64,000 nt of DNA from contig OZ242008.1 of the NCBI GenBank assembly GCA_965204735.1, positions 1,056,001 through 1,120,000 of the forward strand. Direction: 5' to 3'. Every line of letters begins with the position of its first letter. Within the stretch, counting starts at the first letter, position 1. A program made the translations under genes and the position numbers. Positions 10,117 to 17,933 of this stretch are shown here, in pieces. The notes under the pieces were generated by a model, which saw only the letters and a program-made list of their open reading frames with translations, did not search any database and was not told the origin of the DNA. This DNA comes from Longimicrobiales bacterium (GTDB lineage: Bacteria; Gemmatimonadota; Gemmatimonadetes; Longimicrobiales; Gaopeijiaceae).

Positions 10117-10215
10117 GGCGAAAGACAAGCGTAGGGCCAGCAAGCACAGGGCGGGGAACAAGCATGAGGCAAGGGACGAGCATGAGGCGAAAGACGAGCA
10201 CGAGGCGAGGGACGG
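10111..10215 (+). repeat. Imperfect 18-bp tandem repeat (~6 units, e.g. GCATGAGGCGAAAGACGA)
   Basis: Units at 10111, 10129 (15 bp), 10144, 10162, 10180, 10198. Confidence 0.75.
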
Positions 10216-11966
10216 GCGGCGGGCGACGGCGGGCGGGGCGCGCGCGGGCGCCGGGACTCGGGCTGGGGGGCGTCCTCCTGCTCGGCCTCGGGTTGCCGGG
10301 CGGCGGGCTCGAAGCCCAGCGCTCCATGGACGCCGTGATCGCCAACGGTCGGATCGCCGACGGCACGGGCGGCGCCTGGTTCTACGGCGACGTGGGCATT
10401 CAGGGCGGCCGGATCGTCGCCGTGACGCCCGCCGGCGGCCTGGACGACGCCGACGCCCCGGTGCGGATCGACGCCACCGGCAAGGTCGTGGCGCCCGGCT
10501 TCATCGACATCCTGTCCCACGCCCGGGCTCCCCTGCTGGCCGGGGACGGCCGCCTGATCGGCAAGATCACGCAGGGGATCACCACCGAGATCATGGGCGA
10601 GAGCACGACCAACGCTCCTGCCAACGCCAACACGTGGCGCGCGCAGGGAGTGGACCCGGCGAGTCTGGCGGAAGGACTCGACTTCTCCGGCGCGCGGGGG
10701 TTCGACCGCTGGCTCCACGCCATGCTGGAGAACGGCGCGTCGCCCAACTTCGGCTCCTTCATCGGCGCCACGACGGTGCGCATCTACGGGAAGGGCGAAG
10801 CGGAAGGGGCGGCGACGGGGGCGGAGCTGGACACGATGCGCGCCGCGGTGGGCAGGGCAATGGCGGACGGGGCCTTCGGCGTGGCCAGCGCCCTGGTCTA
10901 CCCGCCGGGCGCCTTCGCCTCCACCGACGAGCTGGTCGAGGTGGTCGCCGCCACCGCGCCCTACGGCGGGCTGTACATCACCCACATGCGCTCCGAGGGC
11001 GACCGGCTTCTGGAAGCCATGGACGAGGCGATCGAGATCGGGAGCCGCGCCGGCGTGCCGGTGGAGATATACCACCTGAAGGCGGCGGGGATCCGCAATC
11101 ACCACAAGGCGGGCCTGGCCATAGCCAAGATCGACTCGGCCCGGGCCGCCGGCATGGACGTGCAGGCGAACATGTACCCCTACGTGGCCGGGGGCACGGG
11201 GCTTGCCGCCCTGCTGCCGCCCTGGGCTTCGGCCGGCGGACGCCTCCTGCGACGGCTCCGCGACCCGGAGACCCGCCAGCGCATCCACGACGAGGTGCTC
11301 TCCGCAGACGTGGACTGGGAGAACTTCGGCGCCCTGGCCACACCCGAGGGCGTGCTGATCACCGCGGTTTCCGCCACCGGCCCGGACGGCGAGCCCAGCA
11401 ACGCCGAGCGCTACGTGGGGATGCGGCTCTCGGAGGTGGCCCAGGAGATGGGAGTGGACTGGGTGGACGCCGCGATCGAGCTGACGCTGATGACCGGCGC
11501 CGGCGCCGGGATGGTCGTCTACATGATGTCCGAAGAGAACGTGGCGCTCCAGCTTCGCCAGCCGTGGATCAAGATCGGAACCGACGCTTCCGGCTTCAAC
11601 CCGAGGACCGCCCGCGGGATGACTCATCCTCGGGCCTACGGAACCTATCCGCGCATCCTTGGGAAGTACGTCCGGGACGAGCGCGTGATTTCGCTGGAGG
11701 ACGCGGTGCGCAAGATGACTTCTGCCGTCGCGACCCGTCTCTCGATCCACGACCGGGGCCTGATCAAGCCCGGGATGCACGCGGACGTGGTGGTCTTCGA
11801 CCCGACGGTCGTCGCGGACCGGGCCACCTTCCAGCGGCCCCACCAGCTCTCGGTGGGCGTCGAGGAAGTGTTCGTCAACGGAGTTCAAGTGCTGAGCGGG
11901 GGCCGCCACACCGGCGCTGCTCCAGGCCAGATCGTGCGCGGTCCGGGCTACCGACCGACGGGGTGA
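10113..11966 (+). CDS. N-acyl-D-amino-acid deacylase (D-aminoacylase)-like amidohydrolase with signal peptide
   Basis: ADGTG, GKVVAPGFID, QGITTE, THMRSEG, IYHLK, YPYVAGGT, GTDAS, HPRAYGTYPR; GTG overlaps the upstream TGA; exact start uncertain (alternative ATGs inside the repeat). Confidence 0.85.
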   Translation: MRRKTSVGPASTGRGTSMRQGTSMRRKTSTRRGTGGGRRRAGRARAPGLGLGGVLLLGLGLPGGGLEAQRSMDAVIANGRIADGTGGAWFYGDVGIQGGRIVAVTPAGGLDDADAPVRIDATGKVVAPGFIDILSHARAPLLAGDGRLIGKITQGITTEIMGESTTNAPANANTWRAQGVDPASLAEGLDFSGARGFDRWLHAMLENGASPNFGSFIGATTVRIYGKGEAEGAATGAELDTMRAAVGRAMADGAFGVASALVYPPGAFASTDELVEVVAATAPYGGLYITHMRSEGDRLLEAMDEAIEIGSRAGVPVEIYHLKAAGIRNHHKAGLAIAKIDSARAAGMDVQANMYPYVAGGTGLAALLPPWASAGGRLLRRLRDPETRQRIHDEVLSADVDWENFGALATPEGVLITAVSATGPDGEPSNAERYVGMRLSEVAQEMGVDWVDAAIELTLMTGAGAGMVVYMMSEENVALQLRQPWIKIGTDASGFNPRTARGMTHPRAYGTYPRILGKYVRDERVISLEDAVRKMTSAVATRLSIHDRGLIKPGMHADVVVFDPTVVADRATFQRPHQLSVGVEEVFVNGVQVLSGGRHTGAAPGQIVRGPGYRPTG

Positions 11967-11979
11967 CTCGGGCGGCGCA

Positions 11980-13254
11980 ATGCGCGTAGCGGTCGTCGGC
12001 GGCGGCGTGGTCGGCCTCGCCACGGCTTGGCGCCTGGGGCGCATGGGGGCCTATCCGTTCATTGTCGAGTCCCGCGCCGTCGGCGAAGGATGCTCATGGG
12101 GCAACGGCGGCTGGGTTTGCCCGTCGATCTCCACGCCGCTGCCGAACCCGGCCCTGACTTGGCGCTCGCTGCTGGCGACGATGCGGCCCGACGGTCCCCT
12201 GTACATCAAGCCTGCCGCGGCGCCGGGGCTGATGCCCTGGCTGGTTCGCTTCCGGTCCCTCTGCTCGAAGGCCGCCTTCCGGCACGGCGTCCGGGCGCTG
12301 GCGTCCCTCAACGCCGCGACCACGAAGCGCTTCGACGAGATGGCTGCGAGCGGGGTCGACTTCGAGTTCGCCCGCGCGGGCATCCTCTTCGCCTTTCGGG
12401 ACCCCGCCAAGGCCGCCGCGATGCAGGCCGAGATCGCCCAGGTGGCCGAGGCGGCCCAGGCCGCCGATGCGGAAGCCGCGACCGACGGCTCGGGTTCCCT
12501 CGTGCCCCGAGCGCTGGACCGGACGGAGACGCGCGAGCGCGAACCTCTGCTGCGCCCCGGCTTCCAGCGCGGGATCTTCGTGGAGTCGAACCGCCACCTC
12601 CGCCCCGAGACCCTGACCGCGGGCTTGGCCCGGTCGCTGCGCGCCGCCGGCGCCGAGATCGTCGAAGGCGTGTCCGTCACCGGCTTCGAGACCGACGGCC
12701 GCGCCGTGCGCGCTCTGGTCACGACCGCCGGAGCGATCGACGCCGACGCCGTGGTGCTGGCGGCGGGCGCCGAGACGGGAGCGCTTGCGGCCAAGGCCGG
12801 TTCCGCCATTCCCCTGACCGCGGGGAAGGGCTACTCGGTGACCGTGGACGGTCCCCGCAACCAGCTCCGCCAGCCCCTCTACCTGGGCGACGCGAAGGTT
12901 GGAGCCAGCCCCTTCGACGGTGCGCTGCGCTTCTTCGGCACGATGGAGCTCTCCGGAGTCAACAGCCGGCTGGATCCCAAGCGAATCCAGGCGATCCGGC
13001 GGGCCGTCGCCCGAGACGTGAAGATTCCCGAGGCCCGGAGCGGGGGCAGGGAGTGGGTCGGAATGCGCCCGATGGTCCCCGACACCCTGCCGGTCGTGGG
13101 CAAGCTGCCGAGCCGCGACAACGTCTACGTCAACACCGGCCACCAGATGCTGGGCGTGACCCTTTCGGCCAGCACGGCATGGGCAACGGCCCAGCTGGTC
13201 GTGGAGGGACGCTCGGAGATCGACCTTGCACCGTTCTCGCCGTCCCGCTTCTGA
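11980..13254 (+). CDS. dadA: D-amino acid dehydrogenase-like FAD oxidoreductase
   Basis: VVGGGVVG Rossmann motif, GCSWGNGG, GKGYSVT, WVGMRPMVPDTLP, NTGHQMLGVTLS, PFSPSRF. Confidence 0.85.
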   Translation: MRVAVVGGGVVGLATAWRLGRMGAYPFIVESRAVGEGCSWGNGGWVCPSISTPLPNPALTWRSLLATMRPDGPLYIKPAAAPGLMPWLVRFRSLCSKAAFRHGVRALASLNAATTKRFDEMAASGVDFEFARAGILFAFRDPAKAAAMQAEIAQVAEAAQAADAEAATDGSGSLVPRALDRTETREREPLLRPGFQRGIFVESNRHLRPETLTAGLARSLRAAGAEIVEGVSVTGFETDGRAVRALVTTAGAIDADAVVLAAGAETGALAAKAGSAIPLTAGKGYSVTVDGPRNQLRQPLYLGDAKVGASPFDGALRFFGTMELSGVNSRLDPKRIQAIRRAVARDVKIPEARSGGREWVGMRPMVPDTLPVVGKLPSRDNVYVNTGHQMLGVTLSASTAWATAQLVVEGRSEIDLAPFSPSRF

Positions 13255-13333
13255 CGAGGCTCGCCGGCGTGGTCTTGCCGGCGCTGAAGGTTCCAGGGCG
13301 CCCCGCAGCGACGATCGGCGCCGTTCCGACGCC

Positions 13334-15109
13334 ATGACCGGAAGACCCGCCGCCGCCGTTCTTGCGCTCGCCTGCGCCGCCTGCGACGCCCCATCCCCCG
13401 ACGCAGTCCTCCTGGCCACCGCCCACCAGATGGGTCCGGTCGGCTACCGGGACCCGGCGGGCGCGGTTTCGCCCGACGGTCGCCGCCTGGCGTACTCCGA
13501 AGGCCGTCACGTCGTCGTGCAGGAGCTGGACGGCGCCGGCCGCCGCACCCTCGGGCCCGCCCCCAGCCAAGTCCGCTACCTGACGTGGCGCCCCGACGGC
13601 CAGGCCGTGCTGGTGCACGAGCGCTCCTTCGACCGGCGCCGGCAGGACTGGTTCGTCTACGACGCCGACACCGGCGGCAAGGTCTCCCTGTGGGGCGGCG
13701 GCCCCTTCCCCGACCACGTGCCCAGGAGCGCGGAGCTGCTGGAGCTGAGCTGGTCCCCGGACGGGGATTGGCTCGTGGGCGCGCGCCGCAGGGGAGGGCG
13801 GTCCCAGGTCTGGCGCCTCGCCGCCGACGGCCGGGACGGAGAGCTGTTGGCGGAAGGCGGTCGCCTTTCCCATCCCGTGGTCTCGCCCTCCGGGGACGTG
13901 GCGTGCGTCGAGCGCCGGGCTGGCGTCCAGCGGCTGCGGCTGCCCTGCCGGGAAGGACCCGTGCCGTGGATGGAGGCCCATCAGCCCTACGGCCAAGTCG
14001 CCTTCTCCCCCGGGGGCGGGTCGATCTACTACGCCGCCCCCGGCGACGACGGCGCCCTCGAGCTCTGGAGCCGTCCCGTGGGCGGCGGCAAGGCCAGGCG
14101 GCTGGCCACGGCCGAGCGCGACGCCTACGGCCCCACAGTCACCCGCGAAGGCGACGTCGTCTACCGAACGCAGCACTACGGGGTGTCGATCTCGGCGGTG
14201 CCGGCCCGCGGGGGCGAACCGACGCGAATCACGACCTTCCAGTCCGAAACCCCTTCGTGGAGTCCGTCGGGCGACGAGCTTTCGTTCACTTTCGGCGGCT
14301 GGCGGCTGGCGACCGACGACGTCGAGTACCCGGACATCGACCAGCAGATCGGCATCGTGGACGCGACGTCTCGAAGGCCCAAGTCGGCGCCGGACCGGGT
14401 CGTGCGCGACTCGTACTCCGAAGACCAGGGAATGCACTGGTCGCCCAACGGCCGCTGGATCGCCTACCACAGCCACGTCGACGACACCGACGACATCTAC
14501 GTCGTCGCTGCCGGGGACTCGTCGGCAGCCCCCAGGATGATCTCGTCGGGCGGGCGCGAGACGGGCTGGCCCCGCTGGTCGCCGGACGGTCGTTGGATCG
14601 CGTTCCCCACCTACGTCCACGCGCTCTCCGGGGCCCGGCGCAGCGTCCTGCACCTGATCCCCGCCGACCAAGAGACGGGCGCGACGCAGCCCCAGCGCCG
14701 GCTGGCAATGGGGGAGTTCGGCCACGACGCTCTGCAAGCGGAATGGATGCCGGATTCGCGGCGACTCGTCTTCGAGGCGGCGGAGGGGGCCGGCCGGAAG
14801 GCCCTGTACTGGGCGCCGACGGAGGGCGCGACGCCGACCCGCTTCCACGAGTGGGAATCGGACCAGGTGCATTCGGGGATCGCAGTGTCCCCCGACGGCG
14901 CCTGGATCGCCTACGTGGGTCCCGGCCGCAACGGCTTCTTCCAGATTCACCGCGTCCCGTTCGGCGGCGGCCGGGCGGAGCAGCTGACCATGGACCCGTC
15001 TCACAAGACCCAGCCCGCCTACGACCCCGCGGGCGCTCGTCTGGCCTACGCCGTCTTCGAGTACGAAGCGCGCTTCTGGATGCTTACCGGCGACGAAAGC
15101 CCCCGGTGA
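13334..15109 (+). CDS. TolB-like (PD40 repeat) beta-propeller lipoprotein
   Basis: Lipobox-like LACAAC; many WSPDG/FSPGG/VSPDG repeats. Confidence 0.8.
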   Translation: MTGRPAAAVLALACAACDAPSPDAVLLATAHQMGPVGYRDPAGAVSPDGRRLAYSEGRHVVVQELDGAGRRTLGPAPSQVRYLTWRPDGQAVLVHERSFDRRRQDWFVYDADTGGKVSLWGGGPFPDHVPRSAELLELSWSPDGDWLVGARRRGGRSQVWRLAADGRDGELLAEGGRLSHPVVSPSGDVACVERRAGVQRLRLPCREGPVPWMEAHQPYGQVAFSPGGGSIYYAAPGDDGALELWSRPVGGGKARRLATAERDAYGPTVTREGDVVYRTQHYGVSISAVPARGGEPTRITTFQSETPSWSPSGDELSFTFGGWRLATDDVEYPDIDQQIGIVDATSRRPKSAPDRVVRDSYSEDQGMHWSPNGRWIAYHSHVDDTDDIYVVAAGDSSAAPRMISSGGRETGWPRWSPDGRWIAFPTYVHALSGARRSVLHLIPADQETGATQPQRRLAMGEFGHDALQAEWMPDSRRLVFEAAEGAGRKALYWAPTEGATPTRFHEWESDQVHSGIAVSPDGAWIAYVGPGRNGFFQIHRVPFGGGRAEQLTMDPSHKTQPAYDPAGARLAYAVFEYEARFWMLTGDESPR

Positions 15110-15308
15110 CCTCCACGACCACCGGGCAGCCGGCGGCGGAGCGGGGCACCTGCGACCGCAACGCCGGGTCGTCCCTCTCCAGGTAGACCTTGATGCAGGG
15201 CTTCCCGGCGTGCACTCCCACCGCCGTGCCCGCCACTCCGTCCAGGCCGATCACGCGACGGGTGATCTGGGCCTGCGCGTCTTCCATCGAGGCGGGTTCG
15301 CGGGCCAT
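15084..15308 (-). CDS. Small protein homologous to the prodomain of the adjacent serine protease
   Basis: 74 aa from ATG 15308 with GAGG RBS just after the protease stop; GVAGTAVG...GKPCIKVY...VEVTGGFR matches the protease N-domain. Confidence 0.72.
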   Translation of the reverse strand: MAREPASMEDAQAQITRRVIGLDGVAGTAVGVHAGKPCIKVYLERDDPALRSQVPRSAAGCPVVVEVTGGFRRR

Positions 15309-15312
15309 CGCC

Positions 15313-16353
15313 TCAGTTCCCGTCGATCTCGACGCCAAAGTGGTCGAGCACCAGCCCGATCGGATTGGCCAGCGTGCTGGTCTGGCTGCCGGCGAAGAGC
15401 AGTCCCACGGGCTGTCGCGCGTCCTTCTCCGGGCCCGCCGTGACTATGAGCGAGCCCGAGTCCCCGGGACCGGAGAACCCGACCTTGTCGATCACGATCT
15501 GGCCGGCGAAGCGGGCGGTCCCGTCCCGGAAGCCGACGTTGACGGTGGCGTTCAGGCCGCTGACCCGGCCGGTGGTGTGGCCTGTGGTGCGCCCGTACTT
15601 CTGCACCGCCATCCCCAGCTTGGCCGCCGCGGTGCGCCGTTGCGGCGTGCCGTAGCCGTTGGACGGCGTGCCGTTGCCCAATCGGGCGACGTCGGTGGCA
15701 GCGATCGCCGCGTCGATCTCGTTGGCCGGGCACATGGGGAAGGGAGAGCAGAACTTGATGGGCTTGAAGGCGTGCAGCGTCCCGATCACGTCCGCCGGAT
15801 CCCGCCCGCCGTCCACTCTGCCGGGCTGGAGGATGTTGTCGCCGACGTTGGCGTCGTTCTTGTTGGCGTAGACGTGGTTGTTGCTGAGGGCGAAGACCTC
15901 TCCACCCCGGACGACGCGGGCCCCGATCGTGCCTGCGGTCACGTCCACCTGTCCCGTGGACACTCCGATGGGAACGGGGCGGGAGAAGGGGGCGCGGGGG
16001 TTCGTGCCGTCGTCGCCGTCCAAGGCCCGGAACGCGCCCGTGACTTCCACCGCCAGCGCGTGGCCGTCGAGCCGCACCGGGAGTCCCGTCACGTGGGCGC
16101 CGGTGACGAAGACCTTGACCACCGGTCGACCGTCCACGCCCAGGCCCACGGCGGTTCCCGCGACCCCTGGCATCGCCAGGAGGTCGTCGTCGTAGCGCTC
16201 TTGAACCGCCATTGCGGCGGCGAAGTCTCCCTGGGCGAAGACCAGCGGGTCCCCTGGCGCCCTCGGGACGCCGATCAGCCCCGGCCCGCCCCCGGGTCGG
16301 AAGAAGAGCACGTCGAACGCCACGGCAGCCGCCAGCGTCGCCGCCCGAACCAT
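15313..16353 (-). CDS. Trypsin-like (Nal1-like) serine protease with N-terminal prodomain, probably exported
   Basis: AGTIGARV, LSNNHV (His), EIDAAIA (Asp), KYGRTTG, GDSGS (Ser), VGLLFAG; hydrophobic N-terminus; start uncertain. Confidence 0.82.
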   Translation of the reverse strand: MVRAATLAAAVAFDVLFFRPGGGPGLIGVPRAPGDPLVFAQGDFAAAMAVQERYDDDLLAMPGVAGTAVGLGVDGRPVVKVFVTGAHVTGLPVRLDGHALAVEVTGAFRALDGDDGTNPRAPFSRPVPIGVSTGQVDVTAGTIGARVVRGGEVFALSNNHVYANKNDANVGDNILQPGRVDGGRDPADVIGTLHAFKPIKFCSPFPMCPANEIDAAIAATDVARLGNGTPSNGYGTPQRRTAAAKLGMAVQKYGRTTGHTTGRVSGLNATVNVGFRDGTARFAGQIVIDKVGFSGPGDSGSLIVTAGPEKDARQPVGLLFAGSQTSTLANPIGLVLDHFGVEIDGN

Positions 16354-16432
16354 TCCCCTGCGCGACACGCGCCTTGATCCCCGCGCCGGAGTTCCCCGCG
16401 TCGGCGAAGCCGAAGCCGCCCGGACCAGTCCT

Positions 16433-16636
16433 CTATGCGACATGCGCCTCCTCCCGCGCCCGAGCGCCGCGCTCTGCGCCGAGACGTTCAGCAGGTTCCA
16501 TGGACTTGATACGCCCCGCTGCACCGAAAGGTTCCACGCCCGCCGGATCGGCGCCAGGGCCGCCGATATCCTTCGGGCGCCTCCCGCACTGTTGATGAGC
16601 CGAGTCTTCCACAAACAGCGCAACTCTATGCGTCAA
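16433..16636 (-). pseudogene. Truncated remnant of the AAA-ATPase partner gene (DUF4276/TOPRIM-like N-terminus)
   Basis: Overlaps the ATPase stop; begins HRVALFVEDSAHQQ (hydrophobic strand plus ED), then loses coding character after ~15 codons. Confidence 0.45.
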
Positions 16637-17933
16637 AGTCGCCTCTCATGATTCTCTCTGCCAGCGACGGGCCGGCGTTCTCGTCCGAGAACACGTCGTC
16701 GACGTATTCTCGATGTGCCAGGGGTCCCCAGGTCTTCAGCGGGTCGATCCGTGTCCGTCCCTGCTCCCGCCGGACGGCGAAGAGGGACTCGCTGGGCAGC
16801 AGTTCCACCAGGAGTGGCGAGTGAGTCGTAACGATGTGCTGGCTCTGGCCCAGGTGCTCGCGCGTGTGGAACATCTTCGCGACCGACTCGATCCGGCGAG
16901 GATGCACGCCGTTCTCCGGTTCTTCCAGCCCGACCAGGGCAGGCGGCTTGCCGACCCCGGCCAGCGCCAGCAGTCCCAGCAGCCGGAGCGTGCCTTCCGA
17001 GAGTACCCTGGCGGGCACGGAAACGCCGCCCTCTCGAAGACGAAGTTCTACTTCGCCCAGGTCTGTCACGTCCACGTCGATGCCGTCGATGTTCGGGACC
17101 AGCATTCCCAACGCCCGTTGAATCCCTCGAAACTGTCGAGGGTCGGCAGTCTTCAGCGTGTTCAAGAATGCCGCCAAGTCCTCGCCCATCAGTCCCATGT
17201 GTCTCGTTTCCTTGACGGGACCGGCGGCGCGCATTCGTTCGCGCGGCTCGAAGTAGAAGAACAGCCAGCTTGCCAACTCCCGCTGAGCAGCCGCGACATG
17301 GGGGTAGTGCGGGGTGTAGTGCGGCATGGACAAGATGCTGTGGTCGAGCAGGCACTCGAAGTATCTTGGGTGCGCCTGCCTTTCCAGCCGAAGACGGAGC
17401 TTGTCGTCGTGGCGTTCCAGAAACGGCTTGCGGCTCCGACTGGGCTCGCCTTTGCGCGTCAGGGCGGCCAAGTACTCGTCGGCCACGCGGAGGACTCCCG
17501 ACTTCGGCAGCATCTCCACGACAATCCGGTACCGCAGGTGTCGCTCCCGCACCTTGGCCCGGCCGTTGGCCGCTTCGGACGATCGGTCGCCGCTCGGCTG
17601 CCGCATGTCGCGGATCTCTCGCTCCACGCTCTTGACGACGGCATCCGACAGCAGCAGGTCGGCCTCGATCGAGAAGTGCAGGTGATCTTGCTCGACCAGT
17701 CCCTTGAGCCCAGCGCCGCCAAAGCTGAACGACTCCAGCGGCTTGCCCCGATACGGCGGATCGAAAGCCTCCTTGAGGGTGCGGCTCGTGGCCATCCTGG
17801 AAAGAAGCTGCAGGGCGTCGAGGAAGTTGCTCTTCCCCGAGGCGTTGGGGCCGAAGAGCACGGTCAGGGGCTCCAGCGTCGCCTCGACGTCGCCGAGGGA
17901 CTTGTAGCCCTTGATGCGAATGCGCTTCAGCAC
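16626..17933 (-). CDS. AAA_21/AAA_15-type ABC-like ATPase (OLD/AbiEii-like, defence-associated)
   Basis: IRIKGYKSL, Walker A GPNASGKS, signature LSEGT, Walker B-like EEPENGVHP, TTHSP; GTG 17933 with GGAGAAGG RBS; lower GC. Confidence 0.85.
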   Translation of the reverse strand: MLKRIRIKGYKSLGDVEATLEPLTVLFGPNASGKSNFLDALQLLSRMATSRTLKEAFDPPYRGKPLESFSFGGAGLKGLVEQDHLHFSIEADLLLSDAVVKSVEREIRDMRQPSGDRSSEAANGRAKVRERHLRYRIVVEMLPKSGVLRVADEYLAALTRKGEPSRSRKPFLERHDDKLRLRLERQAHPRYFECLLDHSILSMPHYTPHYPHVAAAQRELASWLFFYFEPRERMRAAGPVKETRHMGLMGEDLAAFLNTLKTADPRQFRGIQRALGMLVPNIDGIDVDVTDLGEVELRLREGGVSVPARVLSEGTLRLLGLLALAGVGKPPALVGLEEPENGVHPRRIESVAKMFHTREHLGQSQHIVTTHSPLLVELLPSESLFAVRREQGRTRIDPLKTWGPLAHREYVDDVFSDENAGPSLAERIMRGDFDA

